From an uncultured Alphaproteobacteria bacterium (GTDB taxonomy: Bacteria > Pseudomonadota > Alphaproteobacteria > Sphingomonadales > Sphingomonadaceae), in assembly GCA_963829625.1 (NCBI GenBank), contig CAWHJH010000005.1, forward strand, positions 1,861 through 65,860: 64,000 nt of DNA. The letters are read 5' to 3'. Made by a program: the position numbers and the translations under genes. Shown piece after piece: positions 9,939 to 18,849 of this stretch. The notes beneath the pieces were generated by a model. The model was not told where the DNA came from. It saw only the letters and a list, made by a program, of their open reading frames with translations, and made no database searches. Within the stretch, counting starts at the first letter, position 1. Every line of letters starts with the position of its first letter.

Positions 9939-10171
9939 GCGAATCTCAACGCTTTCGAATCAATCGGGAAGCTAACCAGGCCGCCGACGTCGTTAATTCA
10001 CCTGCGGCCGGCGGGGCTCGCGATGATATCGCCGTCAACGTTGTCAGAACCCCCGATCAACTCGGTACAATTAGCGATAACGCAGCCATCTCCGCACGGG
10101 CGGCTCACCCACCCCCTGAAGGCGTCAGTAACCAAACATTCATGTTGAATAGTATTTTATCAATGAATTGA

Positions 10172-12691
10172 ATGAGATGCTGCGGCTCGACATCGCGGCG
10201 CATGGCGACTAGCGGGGTGGGCGAAGTGGCAGACATTCCGGGCAACGCGACGACGACGGCTACAATCAGCGTCGGCGGTTCCGTAACTGGAACGCTCGAG
10301 ACCTTCGGCGACCATGACTGGTTCCGAATCCAGCTGACTGCCGGCCAGTCGATCACCATCACGCTGAACGGCACCACTCTCCAGGATCCGTTTCTTCGGA
10401 TACTCAATTCGTCTGGCGGAATTCTCCAGGAGAACGACGACATCTCGTCGGGCGTCATCCGCGATTTACGCATCAGCTTCACGGCGCCGACGACCGGTAC
10501 TTACTACATCGACGCCGGAGCCTGGCAGGACAATTACGTCGGCGATTACCAGCTGAACGTCACGACTTACGTGGCGCCCTCGGTCTGGACCTACGACCAG
10601 ATCGGGGATCAGCTCATCAGGGGATATTGGGGCGGCACATCGCACCGGTTCAACGTCTCCCCGGGCGGACAGATCACCGTCAACTTGACCGCTTTGACTC
10701 CCGAGGGTCAGTCCCTCGCTCGCGGTGCCTTGGCGACCTGGACGGACGTTATCGGAGTCCGTTTCGTCGAGGTCGCGACCGGCGGTCAGATCGTCTTCGA
10801 TGACAATGAGGTAGGCGCCCACGCCGATTCGAGGTACTCGGGCAGCTTCATCACCAGTTCCAACGTAAACGTCTCGACCCAATGGCTGGTAGACTATGGA
10901 ACCCGGGTCGGCGGTTACGCCTACCAGACCTACATCCACGAAATCGGGCATGCGCTCGGGCTCGGCCACGCCGGAAATTACAACGGCGATGCAAACTATC
11001 AGTCCGACGCGCTCTACGCGAACGACAGTTGGGCAACGACGGTGATGTCGTACTTCAGCCAGACCGAGAATAGCTATTTCTCCGGGCTGGGCTTCAATCG
11101 CAATTACCTCGTCACGCCCATGGTCGCGGACATGGTCGCGATGTCCATGCTGTACGGCCTGTCGACGACGACCCGGACCGGTGACACGGTCTACGGGTTC
11201 AATTCCAACGCGGGGGGGGTCTATGTCGCAAGCGGCGCTCCCACTTTCGCTTATACGATCATCGATAGCGGCGGTACCGACACGCTCGATTACTCCGGCT
11301 ACACGCTCGCGCAGAGAATAGACCTCAATCCGGAAGCCTTCTCGAACATCGGTGGGGACAGCGGCAACGTCGCCATCGCACGCGGAACGATCATCGAGAA
11401 CGCCATCGGCGGCTCCGGGGCCGACGTCATCATCGGGAACTCTGCCGCAAACGTTCTCACGGGCGGGGCGGGGATCGACACGCTGACCGGCGGGGCGGGC
11501 AATGACACGTTCCGCGGCACGAAATCCGGCTTCAACGGCGACACGATCACGGACTTCTCATCCGGCGATCGGATCGTGATCATCGATGCAGCGCTTACCG
11601 GCTTTTCTTTCAGCCTGTCGGGTACGACTTTTACCTACACGGGCGGGTCATTGAGGCTCTCGGCGCCGATCGCCGGCTCGCTGGTCGCGAGCGGCGCAGC
11701 CGAAGGAGGGGTGCAGCTCGCAATCTCAATCGCCACCACACCCGCCAACGATGTGCGAAACGACTTCAACGGTGACGGGCGAAGCGACCTGCTTCTTCGC
11801 AACGACAATGGCACGATTACCGAGTGGTTGGGCCAAACGAATGGCGGGTTCTTCAGCAATCACGCACTGTCCGCTTACGGGCTTGCCACGTCCTGGCATG
11901 TCGATGCCGTCGGCGACTTCAACGGCGATGGGCGCGACGATGTCCTGCTTCGGCATGACAATGGCTCGATGACGAATTGGCTCGGCCAGTCGAACGGCAG
12001 CTTCTTCAGCAATCACGTCAACGCGAGCTATGTCTTGCCGGCCGGCTGGCACATCGAGGGTGCTGGCGATTTCAACGGCGACGGCCGGGATGATCTGTTG
12101 TTGCGCAATGACAATGGTTCGGTCACCGAATGGCTGGGCCAAGCGAACGGCGGCTTTTTCAGCAACCACGCGGTGGCCGCCTACGGGCTTTCGACGTCGT
12201 GGCACGTGGACGCGATCGGTGACTTCAATGGCGACGGCTACGACGACCTGCTGCTGCGCAACGACAACGGCTCGGTCACCGACTGGCTCGGTCAGGCTGG
12301 CGGCAGCTTCGTCAGCAACCACGTCAATGCGAGTTATGCTCTGCCCGCCGGTTGGCAGATAGAAGGCGCCGGAGACTTCAACGGCGACGGACGTGACGAC
12401 CTTCTGCTGCGCAACAGCAATGGCACGATCACCGAATGGCTTGGCCAACAAGATGGAAGCTTCTTCAGCAATCACGCGGCAGTGGCTTATCCGCTGGCAA
12501 GCTCATGGCATGTCGATGCCATCGGCGACTTCAACGGCGATGGACGTGACGACCTTCTGCTTCGCAACGACAACGGCTCGATCACTGACTGGCTCGGATC
12601 GCCCAATGGAAGCTTCTTCAGCAACCATGCCAACGCCAGCTACGCCATGCCCCAAGGCTGGCACATACAAGCCGACAATCTGTGGATGTAA
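10172..12691 (+). CDS. Serralysin-like M10 zinc metalloprotease with PPC domain, RTX repeats and 6 C-terminal 51-aa DFNGDG repeats
   Basis: HEIGHALGLGH; Met-turn TVMSY; IENAIGGSGAD and GGAGND nonapeptides; D.DWFRI...YYI PPC-like N-domain. Confidence 0.92.
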   Translation: MRCCGSTSRRMATSGVGEVADIPGNATTTATISVGGSVTGTLETFGDHDWFRIQLTAGQSITITLNGTTLQDPFLRILNSSGGILQENDDISSGVIRDLRISFTAPTTGTYYIDAGAWQDNYVGDYQLNVTTYVAPSVWTYDQIGDQLIRGYWGGTSHRFNVSPGGQITVNLTALTPEGQSLARGALATWTDVIGVRFVEVATGGQIVFDDNEVGAHADSRYSGSFITSSNVNVSTQWLVDYGTRVGGYAYQTYIHEIGHALGLGHAGNYNGDANYQSDALYANDSWATTVMSYFSQTENSYFSGLGFNRNYLVTPMVADMVAMSMLYGLSTTTRTGDTVYGFNSNAGGVYVASGAPTFAYTIIDSGGTDTLDYSGYTLAQRIDLNPEAFSNIGGDSGNVAIARGTIIENAIGGSGADVIIGNSAANVLTGGAGIDTLTGGAGNDTFRGTKSGFNGDTITDFSSGDRIVIIDAALTGFSFSLSGTTFTYTGGSLRLSAPIAGSLVASGAAEGGVQLAISIATTPANDVRNDFNGDGRSDLLLRNDNGTITEWLGQTNGGFFSNHALSAYGLATSWHVDAVGDFNGDGRDDVLLRHDNGSMTNWLGQSNGSFFSNHVNASYVLPAGWHIEGAGDFNGDGRDDLLLRNDNGSVTEWLGQANGGFFSNHAVAAYGLSTSWHVDAIGDFNGDGYDDLLLRNDNGSVTDWLGQAGGSFVSNHVNASYALPAGWQIEGAGDFNGDGRDDLLLRNSNGTITEWLGQQDGSFFSNHAAVAYPLASSWHVDAIGDFNGDGRDDLLLRNDNGSITDWLGSPNGSFFSNHANASYAMPQGWHIQADNLWM

Positions 12692-12700
12692 GTCGATCGT

Positions 12701-12727
12701 AATCCCCGCTTTCGACCGATAGTTGGC
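12701..12727. repeat. Degenerate copy of the hairpin element
   Basis: AATCCCCGCTTTCGACCGATAG resembles the 6185/6222 copies; lies 10 nt after the protease stop. Confidence 0.4.
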
Positions 12728-12920
12728 TGGCCGGGCTGCTCGCCTCCACGACCAGCCTCACACGCCTCTCTGACGCTACATAACGTCTGTGTCCGCCTCG
12801 TTTATAAGCCGCTCGGCCTCTGTCCAGTCGTCCAGACTGTTCGCACTCCGATGAGGAGTGGAGAAACTCCAATGCGTGGTATGCTGGAACAGATTGACAG
12901 GTAACGCAGGGGGGAATTGA

Positions 12921-13688
12921 ATGCAGGCGGTAATTTTGGCCGGCGGTCTGGGGACACGCCTGGGGGAAGAAACGTCGTTTCGCCCGAAGCCGATGGTCGA
13001 GGTCGGCGGGATGCCGATCCTCTGGCACATCATGAAGATCTACGCCGCCCACGGCGTCAACGAGTTCGTCGTGTGCCTCGGTTACAAGGGGTACATGATC
13101 AAGGAGTTCTTCGCGAACTACTTCCTGCACACCGCCGACGTCACCATCGACCTCAGTAGAAACCAGACCGAGATCCACCAGAACCGCAGCGAGCCCTGGC
13201 GGATCACACTGGTGGACACCGGCTCCGACACGATGACCGGTGGGCGGCTGAAGGCGGTCGAGCACTACCTGAACCCCGACGAGCCCTTCTGCCTCACCTA
13301 CGGCGACGGCGTCGCGGCGATCAACGTCGGCGAGCTGATCGACTTCCACAAAAGTCATGGCAAGAAGGCGACCATCACCGCGGTCGCGCCTCCGGGCCGG
13401 TTCGGCGCTCTCGAGTTCGAAGGTGACCTCGTCCGCAGCTTCAAGGAAAAGCCGGCCGGCGACGGCGGCCTTATCAACGGCGGCTTCTTCGTCGCCGACC
13501 CGTCTGTTCTCGGCCTCATCGACGGGCCGGACACGGTCTGGGAGCGTGAGCCCCTCGAACGACTCGCCGAAGACGGCGACCTGGTCGCCTATCGGCACGA
13601 GGGGTTCTGGCAGCCGATGGATACGCTGCGCGACAAATTGTACCTCGAAGAGCTTTGGCAGGACGGAGCGCCCTGGAAATGCTGGTGA
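12921..13688 (+). CDS. rfbF: Glucose-1-phosphate cytidylyltransferase
   Basis: ILAGGLGTRL, PKPMVEVG, TMTGGRLK, TYGDGV, GFWQPMDTLRDK. Confidence 0.95.
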   Translation: MQAVILAGGLGTRLGEETSFRPKPMVEVGGMPILWHIMKIYAAHGVNEFVVCLGYKGYMIKEFFANYFLHTADVTIDLSRNQTEIHQNRSEPWRITLVDTGSDTMTGGRLKAVEHYLNPDEPFCLTYGDGVAAINVGELIDFHKSHGKKATITAVAPPGRFGALEFEGDLVRSFKEKPAGDGGLINGGFFVADPSVLGLIDGPDTVWEREPLERLAEDGDLVAYRHEGFWQPMDTLRDKLYLEELWQDGAPWKCW

Positions 13689-14761
13689 AAACGTCCGCCT
13701 GGAAGGGTCGCCGGGTCCTCGTGACGGGTCACACCGGCTTCAAGGGCGGCTGGCTGTCGCTCTGGCTGCACCAGCTTGGGGCAGAGGTCACGGGTTTCTC
13801 CCTCCCTGCTCCGACCGATCCGAGCCTCTTCGAGCAAACGCGGCTGGCCGAGCTCGTGAACCATGTCGAAGGCGACGTTCGCGACATGGATGCGGTCGAG
13901 ACGGCCGTGAATGCGGCGCGGCCGGAGGTCGTGTTCCACCTCGCAGCCCAGTCACTTGTACGCTACTCGTACGACAATCCCATCGAGACCTATGCGACCA
14001 ACGTCATGGGCACGGTGCATCTCCTCGATGCCTGCCGTCGTGCCGAAAGCGTCCGCGCCATCATCTCCGTCACCAGCGACAAATGCTATGAAAACCGCGA
14101 GTGGGTCTGGCCGTATCGGGAAAGCGATCCGATGGGCGGGCACGACCCATACAGCAGCAGCAAGGGCGCGGCCGAGCTGGTGATCTCGGCCTACCGCCGT
14201 TCCTTCTTCGAGACAGGGGCATGCATCGCATCCGTTCGCGCGGGCAACGTCATTGGCGGAGGCGACTGGGCAACGGACCGGCTCATTCCGGACATCGTTC
14301 GCGCGATGATCTCTGGTGAACGCCCCCTAATTCGCAATCCGAACTCGGTGCGGCCGTGGCAGCATGTGATGGAGGCCCTGAGCGGGTATCTTCTGATTGC
14401 CGAACGGCTGCTCGAAGAGCGCCGCGAGTTCGCGAACGCCTGGAATTTCGGTCCTTCCGAGGACGATGCGAAGCCTGTCGCCTGGATCGCGGATCGCATG
14501 CTTGAAATGTGGGGAGCTGAAGGCTGGGACCGCCCCGCGGGTGAGCAACCGCATGAAGCGAAGTTGCTCAAGCTGGACTGTTCGAAAGCGCGCGCTGCCC
14601 TAGGATGGCGGCCAAGACTCAGCCTGGAGAAGGCGCTTGAAAAGGTCGTCGACTGGCATAAGTCGGTGGCCGACGGCGACGACGCCCGGGAAGTAAGTCT
14701 TCGCCAGTTGCGCGAATACGGTGACCTCGCGAATGTCGGCGGGGGCGGCGTGACCGCCTGA
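13679..14761 (+). CDS. rfbG: CDP-glucose 4,6-dehydratase
   Basis: VTGHTGFKGGWL, HLAAQ, TSDKCYEN, DPYSSSK, RAGNVIGGGDW, RPWQHV. Confidence 0.95.
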   Translation: MLVKTSAWKGRRVLVTGHTGFKGGWLSLWLHQLGAEVTGFSLPAPTDPSLFEQTRLAELVNHVEGDVRDMDAVETAVNAARPEVVFHLAAQSLVRYSYDNPIETYATNVMGTVHLLDACRRAESVRAIISVTSDKCYENREWVWPYRESDPMGGHDPYSSSKGAAELVISAYRRSFFETGACIASVRAGNVIGGGDWATDRLIPDIVRAMISGERPLIRNPNSVRPWQHVMEALSGYLLIAERLLEERREFANAWNFGPSEDDAKPVAWIADRMLEMWGAEGWDRPAGEQPHEAKLLKLDCSKARAALGWRPRLSLEKALEKVVDWHKSVADGDDAREVSLRQLREYGDLANVGGGGVTA

Positions 14762-14766
14762 GCGCG

Positions 14767-15315
14767 CTAAGCCGGGGCGCCGGCGCTCTTCACCCGCGCC
14801 TGGAAGCTCTTGCGCAGCTTCTGCAGCTTCGGCGGGATCACCGCGAGGCAGTAAGGGTTCCCCTGCCCCTCGCCTTCCCAATATTGCTGGTGATAGTCCT
14901 CCGCGGGATACCAGGGCCCATTCGGCTCGATCGTCGTGACGATGCTGTCGCCGTGATCGCCATTCGCCCGATCGATTGCTGCGCGGGCCCTGCGCTCCTG
15001 TTCCTCGTCCTGCGGGAAAATGGCCGAGCGATATTGCGTGCCGACGTCGTTGCCCTGGCGGTTGAGCTGAGTCGGATCGTGCGTCGCGAAGAAGATGTCG
15101 AGCAGGTCGTCATAGCTGACGACATCGGGATCGAAGGTCACGCGAATGGCTTCCGCATGGCCGGTGTCCCCTCCGCAGACCTGCTTATAAGTGGGATCGG
15201 CGACGTGGCCGCCCGTGTAGCCGCTTTCGACCTTCGTCACGCCCACGACGTCGTTGAACACGGCTTCGGTGCACCAAAAGCACCCGCCCGCAAATATCGC
15301 GACTTGTTCGGCCAT
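14767..15315 (-). CDS. msrA: Peptide-methionine (S)-S-oxide reductase
   Basis: [28 protein letters not shown]. Confidence 0.96.
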   Translation of the reverse strand: MAEQVAIFAGGCFWCTEAVFNDVVGVTKVESGYTGGHVADPTYKQVCGGDTGHAEAIRVTFDPDVVSYDDLLDIFFATHDPTQLNRQGNDVGTQYRSAIFPQDEEQERRARAAIDRANGDHGDSIVTTIEPNGPWYPAEDYHQQYWEGEGQGNPYCLAVIPPKLQKLRKSFQARVKSAGAPA

Positions 15316-15354
15316 GACCCGCTCCTTCTGCTGGAGCGGCAGAAATAGGTACGC

Positions 15355-16077
15355 CTATATCCTTTGGTAAGACGCCTTGAGGCTGGCGAGCTCCAGGCGC
15401 TTGCCTACCCACTCCGCGAGCTCCTCGAAGCTCAGCGGCTGGTCGAAGACGATTCCGGCCTTGCGATCCGAATACCAGCGGACGTCGCCACGGACGGGGC
15501 GAAGGCTCTCGACCACCACAACCACCTTCTTGCCGAGGCAATATTCCTCGATCGGCTCGACCTTCATGCCACCCAGCGAAATGTCGTGAACGTCCACCGT
15601 GTAGTAGATCTTGTCCACGCGCAGCGACGCCTTGCAGCTCACGTCCAGACGCGGCGGTCGCGGACGAAAGCCGTGACGGGGCTTACGGCCAGCAAGAAGC
15701 TCCCCAAGGTCGATGTTCTGATCGAACTTCACGCCTATCGCGCCCTCGCGGATCCAGACGACGGAGCCCGGGATCTTCTGCGAAGACAGCTCGACGGTGA
15801 CCGTGTCGCCCACGGAAACGGTCTGGCCTGCTTCTGCCATCAGCCCGCCGGCGGACACGTTGCGAACTCGGATGAGTTGCTCGCCGGACGGCCCGTGAAG
15901 CTTTGCTACGCGAAGCGTTGGGGCTAGACGAGCATCCGAGCGGCGTTCCGCAGGGCGCGGGACGGCGGTGCTCAAGGTAAAAGTGGTCGAATCAAACGTG
16001 CCGTCTTCGGCGTTCGGAAGACGCATTTCTTTTCGACGAATGAGCGAGCCGAACATGAATCCGCCTCCAGGGGCCAA
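15355..16077 (-). CDS. Tandem PilZ-domain protein (start may be 16056 or 16026)
   Basis: RRSDAR...NVSAGG and RPRPPR...DISLGG: two RxxxR / (D/N)xSxxG motif pairs. Confidence 0.85.
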   Translation of the reverse strand: MAPGGGFMFGSLIRRKEMRLPNAEDGTFDSTTFTLSTAVPRPAERRSDARLAPTLRVAKLHGPSGEQLIRVRNVSAGGLMAEAGQTVSVGDTVTVELSSQKIPGSVVWIREGAIGVKFDQNIDLGELLAGRKPRHGFRPRPPRLDVSCKASLRVDKIYYTVDVHDISLGGMKVEPIEEYCLGKKVVVVVESLRPVRGDVRWYSDRKAGIVFDQPLSFEELAEWVGKRLELASLKASYQRI

Positions 16078-16096
16078 AATCGAACGGCTATCGTTA

Positions 16097-16111
16097 CTAA
16101 GTTACGGTTAA
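16097..16111 (-). promoter_or_regulatory. Putative CtrA box
   Basis: TTAA-CCGTAAC-TTAG on the minus strand (TTAA-N7-TTAA with one mismatch). Confidence 0.5.
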
Positions 16112-16189
16112 GAAGCGGTTTCATTTGTTTGACGCGCATAGGCAAAGAGGCGCACATTCCGCCGGTCGTGTCGGCAGGGGAGTTGGCCG

Positions 16190-16576
16190 ATGAAGCAGCC
16201 GCAGCTGCTGCTGATTGATGACGAGCCAGCCCTGGCGGATTTCGTGGCCAATGCTGCGCGCGAATGCGGCTTCGACCCGACGGTCAGCAGCAACGACGCA
16301 TCATTCCGCAACGAATTCCTGGCGCACCGGCCGGACGCCGTCGCCATGGACCTTGGAATGCCCGTCGACGGCGTCGAGCTGCTGCGCTTCCTGGCGGACG
16401 AAGGCTTCCAGGGCCCGGTGCTGATCATCAGCGGCTTCGATCGGCGCGTGCTCGAATTTGCCTTCCGCCTCGGCGAAGCGCAGGGACTCAACATGGCCGG
16501 GCCTCTCGAGAAGCCGGTTCGGCTCGAAGAGCTCGAAGAGCTCCTGAATCGTCTCAAGCCGGTGGTGCCTTCGTGA
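16190..16576 (+). CDS. Single-domain response regulator
   Basis: LLIDDE, MDLGMP.DG, IISG, LEKP receiver motifs. Confidence 0.9.
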   Translation: MKQPQLLLIDDEPALADFVANAARECGFDPTVSSNDASFRNEFLAHRPDAVAMDLGMPVDGVELLRFLADEGFQGPVLIISGFDRRVLEFAFRLGEAQGLNMAGPLEKPVRLEELEELLNRLKPVVPS

Positions 16577-17424
16577 CGGGAGCCGATCGCAAGCTGCTCG
16601 AAAGTTTCGAGCGCGCGCTTGCCCGGCAGGAACTCCGCCTCGTTTACCAGCCGAAGGTCAGCCTGAAGGACGGGCGCCTAACGCGCGTCGAGGCCCTTGT
16701 TCGCTGGGACGACCCGGACCGCGGCCCCGTCTCGCCTTCCCGCTTCGTCCCACTGGCTGAAAAGCACGGCCTTATCGACCAACTCACCGAGTGGGGTCTC
16801 AAGACGACCCTGCATCAATGGAGGGTCTGGCGCGAACAGGGACTCGAGACCCGCCTCGCCTTCAACATCTCCGCGATCAGTCTTCAGCGGCTCGATTTCC
16901 CAGACATGGTGGAGCGGCTGTGCCGTGAAATGGAGGTTCCCACCGACCAGCTCGTGCTGGAGCTGACGGAGGGCGCGACGCAGCAGTTCGTCAAGCTGAT
17001 GGACACGCTCACGCGCTTCCGCATCAAGGGCATCGGTCTTGCCATCGACGATTTCGGCACGGGCTACTCCTCGCTGCTTCAGTTGCGGCAGTTGCCTTTC
17101 ACCGAGCTGAAGATCGACCGATGCTTCATCGTCGATCTGCCGTCCGCGCATGATTCCCGGCTGATCGTGAAAACGATCATTGAACTCGCTCACGGGCTGG
17201 GTCTCATCGCGACTGCGGAGGGCGTCGAGACAGTCGAGCAGCTGCGCCTCATCCGCGAACTTGGATGCGACGTCGTCCAGGGTTTCCTGATCGCGCCACC
17301 CCTCGAACCGGGCGATCTCATAAGCTGGAAGGAAGACTTCAAGCGCCGCTGGCCCGACCTGCTCAGCGACGAAAGCCTCGAGCTATGGAGCGACGTCGAA
17401 GCGGATGCCCTGAGCGAGCGGTAG
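16573..17424 (+). CDS. EAL-domain c-di-GMP phosphodiesterase
   Basis: YQPKV, EALVRW, ELTE, IDDFGTGYSS, ELKID, AEGVE, QG; GTG start overlaps the upstream stop. Confidence 0.92.
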   Translation: MTGADRKLLESFERALARQELRLVYQPKVSLKDGRLTRVEALVRWDDPDRGPVSPSRFVPLAEKHGLIDQLTEWGLKTTLHQWRVWREQGLETRLAFNISAISLQRLDFPDMVERLCREMEVPTDQLVLELTEGATQQFVKLMDTLTRFRIKGIGLAIDDFGTGYSSLLQLRQLPFTELKIDRCFIVDLPSAHDSRLIVKTIIELAHGLGLIATAEGVETVEQLRLIRELGCDVVQGFLIAPPLEPGDLISWKEDFKRRWPDLLSDESLELWSDVEADALSER

Positions 17425-18849
17425 GTCGGTTCCGTAATTCACCGTGTTCGTCTGTCGCCGCATGTAGGCGCGCCAGCTGTCCGATCCGCTCTCGCGGCCG
17501 CCGCCGGTCTCTTTCTCGCCGCCGAAAGCGCCGCCGATCTCCGCGCCCGAAGGCCCGATGTTGACGTTCGCGATGCCGCAATCCGATCCGGCTGCGGACA
17601 GGAACCGCTCTGCTTCGCGAAGATCGTTCGTGAAGATCGATGACGACAGGCCCTGTGGAACATCATTGTTGAGCGACAGCGCCTGGTCGAAATCGCTGTA
17701 GCGCAGGACGTAAAGGATAGGCGCGAACGTCTCCTTGAGGACGCTTCCCTGCTGTGCGTCCGCTTCGACAATCGCGGGCCGCACGTAGAAGCCGCCTGTG
17801 CCGGTGTCGACGCGTTCGATCCGATCGCCAAGAACGCCGGCCATGCCGGAATAAGCAGCCTCGTCGATCAGCGGCCCGACGAGCGTATCGGGCTCACGAG
17901 GATCGCCGACCTTCACATTCGCAAAGAGCTGCTTGAGCCGCGCGATGAGCCGGTCGGCGATGCTTTCGTGCACGATCAGCCGGCGTAGCGTCGTGCATCG
18001 CTGGCCGGCCGTGCCCGCCGCCGAGAACAGGATAGCCCGCTCGGCAAGCGCGAGGTCGGCGGAAGGGCAGACGATCATCGCATTGTTGCCGCCGAGTTCC
18101 AGGAGCACCCGTCCGAACCTCTGCGCCACGCGCGGGCCCACGGCTCGGCCCATTGCGGTCGAACCTGTGGCCGACACGAGCGCGATCCGCGGATCGTCGA
18201 CAAGCTCCTCGCCCACTTCGCGGCCGCCCTGGACCAGCTGCACAAGCCCGGCGGGCGCGTCCTCGAAACGTCGAAGAGCGCGCCGCATCAGCGCCATGAC
18301 CGCCTCCGCGGTCAGCGGGGTCTTCTCGCTGGGCTTCCAGATGACGGGATTTCCGCAGACCAGCGCGAGCGCCGAATTCCACGCCCAGACCGCGACGGGA
18401 AAATTGAAGGCGCTGATGACGAGCACCGGACCCAATGGATGCCATTGCTCCATCATCCGATGGTTTGGCCGTTCGCTGGCGATGGTGAGGCCGTAGAGCT
18501 GCCGCGACAGACCGACCGCGAAATCGCAAATGTCGATCATCTCCTGCACCTCGCCGAGGCCTTCCTGCAGGATTTTTCCACTTTCGAGCGTCACCAGCCT
18601 TGCCAGCGGCTCCTTCGCCGCGCGCAATTCTTCGCCGAGCAGCCTGACGAGCTCGCCGCGGCGCGGTGCGGGAACCGTCCGCCACTGCTTGAAAGACTCC
18701 ATCGCGGCCGTGGGCGCATTTCCCGCGTCGCCAACCTGCACCCGGCCGATCTCGCTTCCATCGATTGGCGAATGGCTGACCAGCTCGCCGCTTGCGGCGT
18801 CGACCCCCAGCTCCTTCAGGGTGGAGGCGGCGTCCTCTGCGGGCGTCAT
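17383..18849 (-). CDS. ALDH7/AmaB-type aldehyde dehydrogenase (piperideine-6-carboxylate dehydrogenase-like)
   Basis: GEVQEMIDICDFAVGLSRQL, SAFNFPVAVW, LELGGNN, GQRCT, GRESGSD. Confidence 0.92.
   Translation of the reverse strand: MTPAEDAASTLKELGVDAASGELVSHSPIDGSEIGRVQVGDAGNAPTAAMESFKQWRTVPAPRRGELVRLLGEELRAAKEPLARLVTLESGKILQEGLGEVQEMIDICDFAVGLSRQLYGLTIASERPNHRMMEQWHPLGPVLVISAFNFPVAVWAWNSALALVCGNPVIWKPSEKTPLTAEAVMALMRRALRRFEDAPAGLVQLVQGGREVGEELVDDPRIALVSATGSTAMGRAVGPRVAQRFGRVLLELGGNNAMIVCPSADLALAERAILFSAAGTAGQRCTTLRRLIVHESIADRLIARLKQLFANVKVGDPREPDTLVGPLIDEAAYSGMAGVLGDRIERVDTGTGGFYVRPAIVEADAQQGSVLKETFAPILYVLRYSDFDQALSLNNDVPQGLSSSIFTNDLREAERFLSAAGSDCGIANVNIGPSGAEIGGAFGGEKETGGGRESGSDSWRAYMRRQTNTVNYGTDLPLAQGIRFDVAP

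Noticed and set aside
6300-12691. Periodic DNA repeats that could suggest a CRISPR array or a diversity-generating retroelement
   Set aside because: They are in-frame 153-nt protein repeats with synonymous divergence; no spacers, cas genes, reverse transcriptase or adenine-specific variation seen.
12776-12870. SLDDWTEAERLINE fragment resembling a DUF2934 C-terminus
   Set aside because: Too short, with no start or upstream motif; cannot be told from chance.
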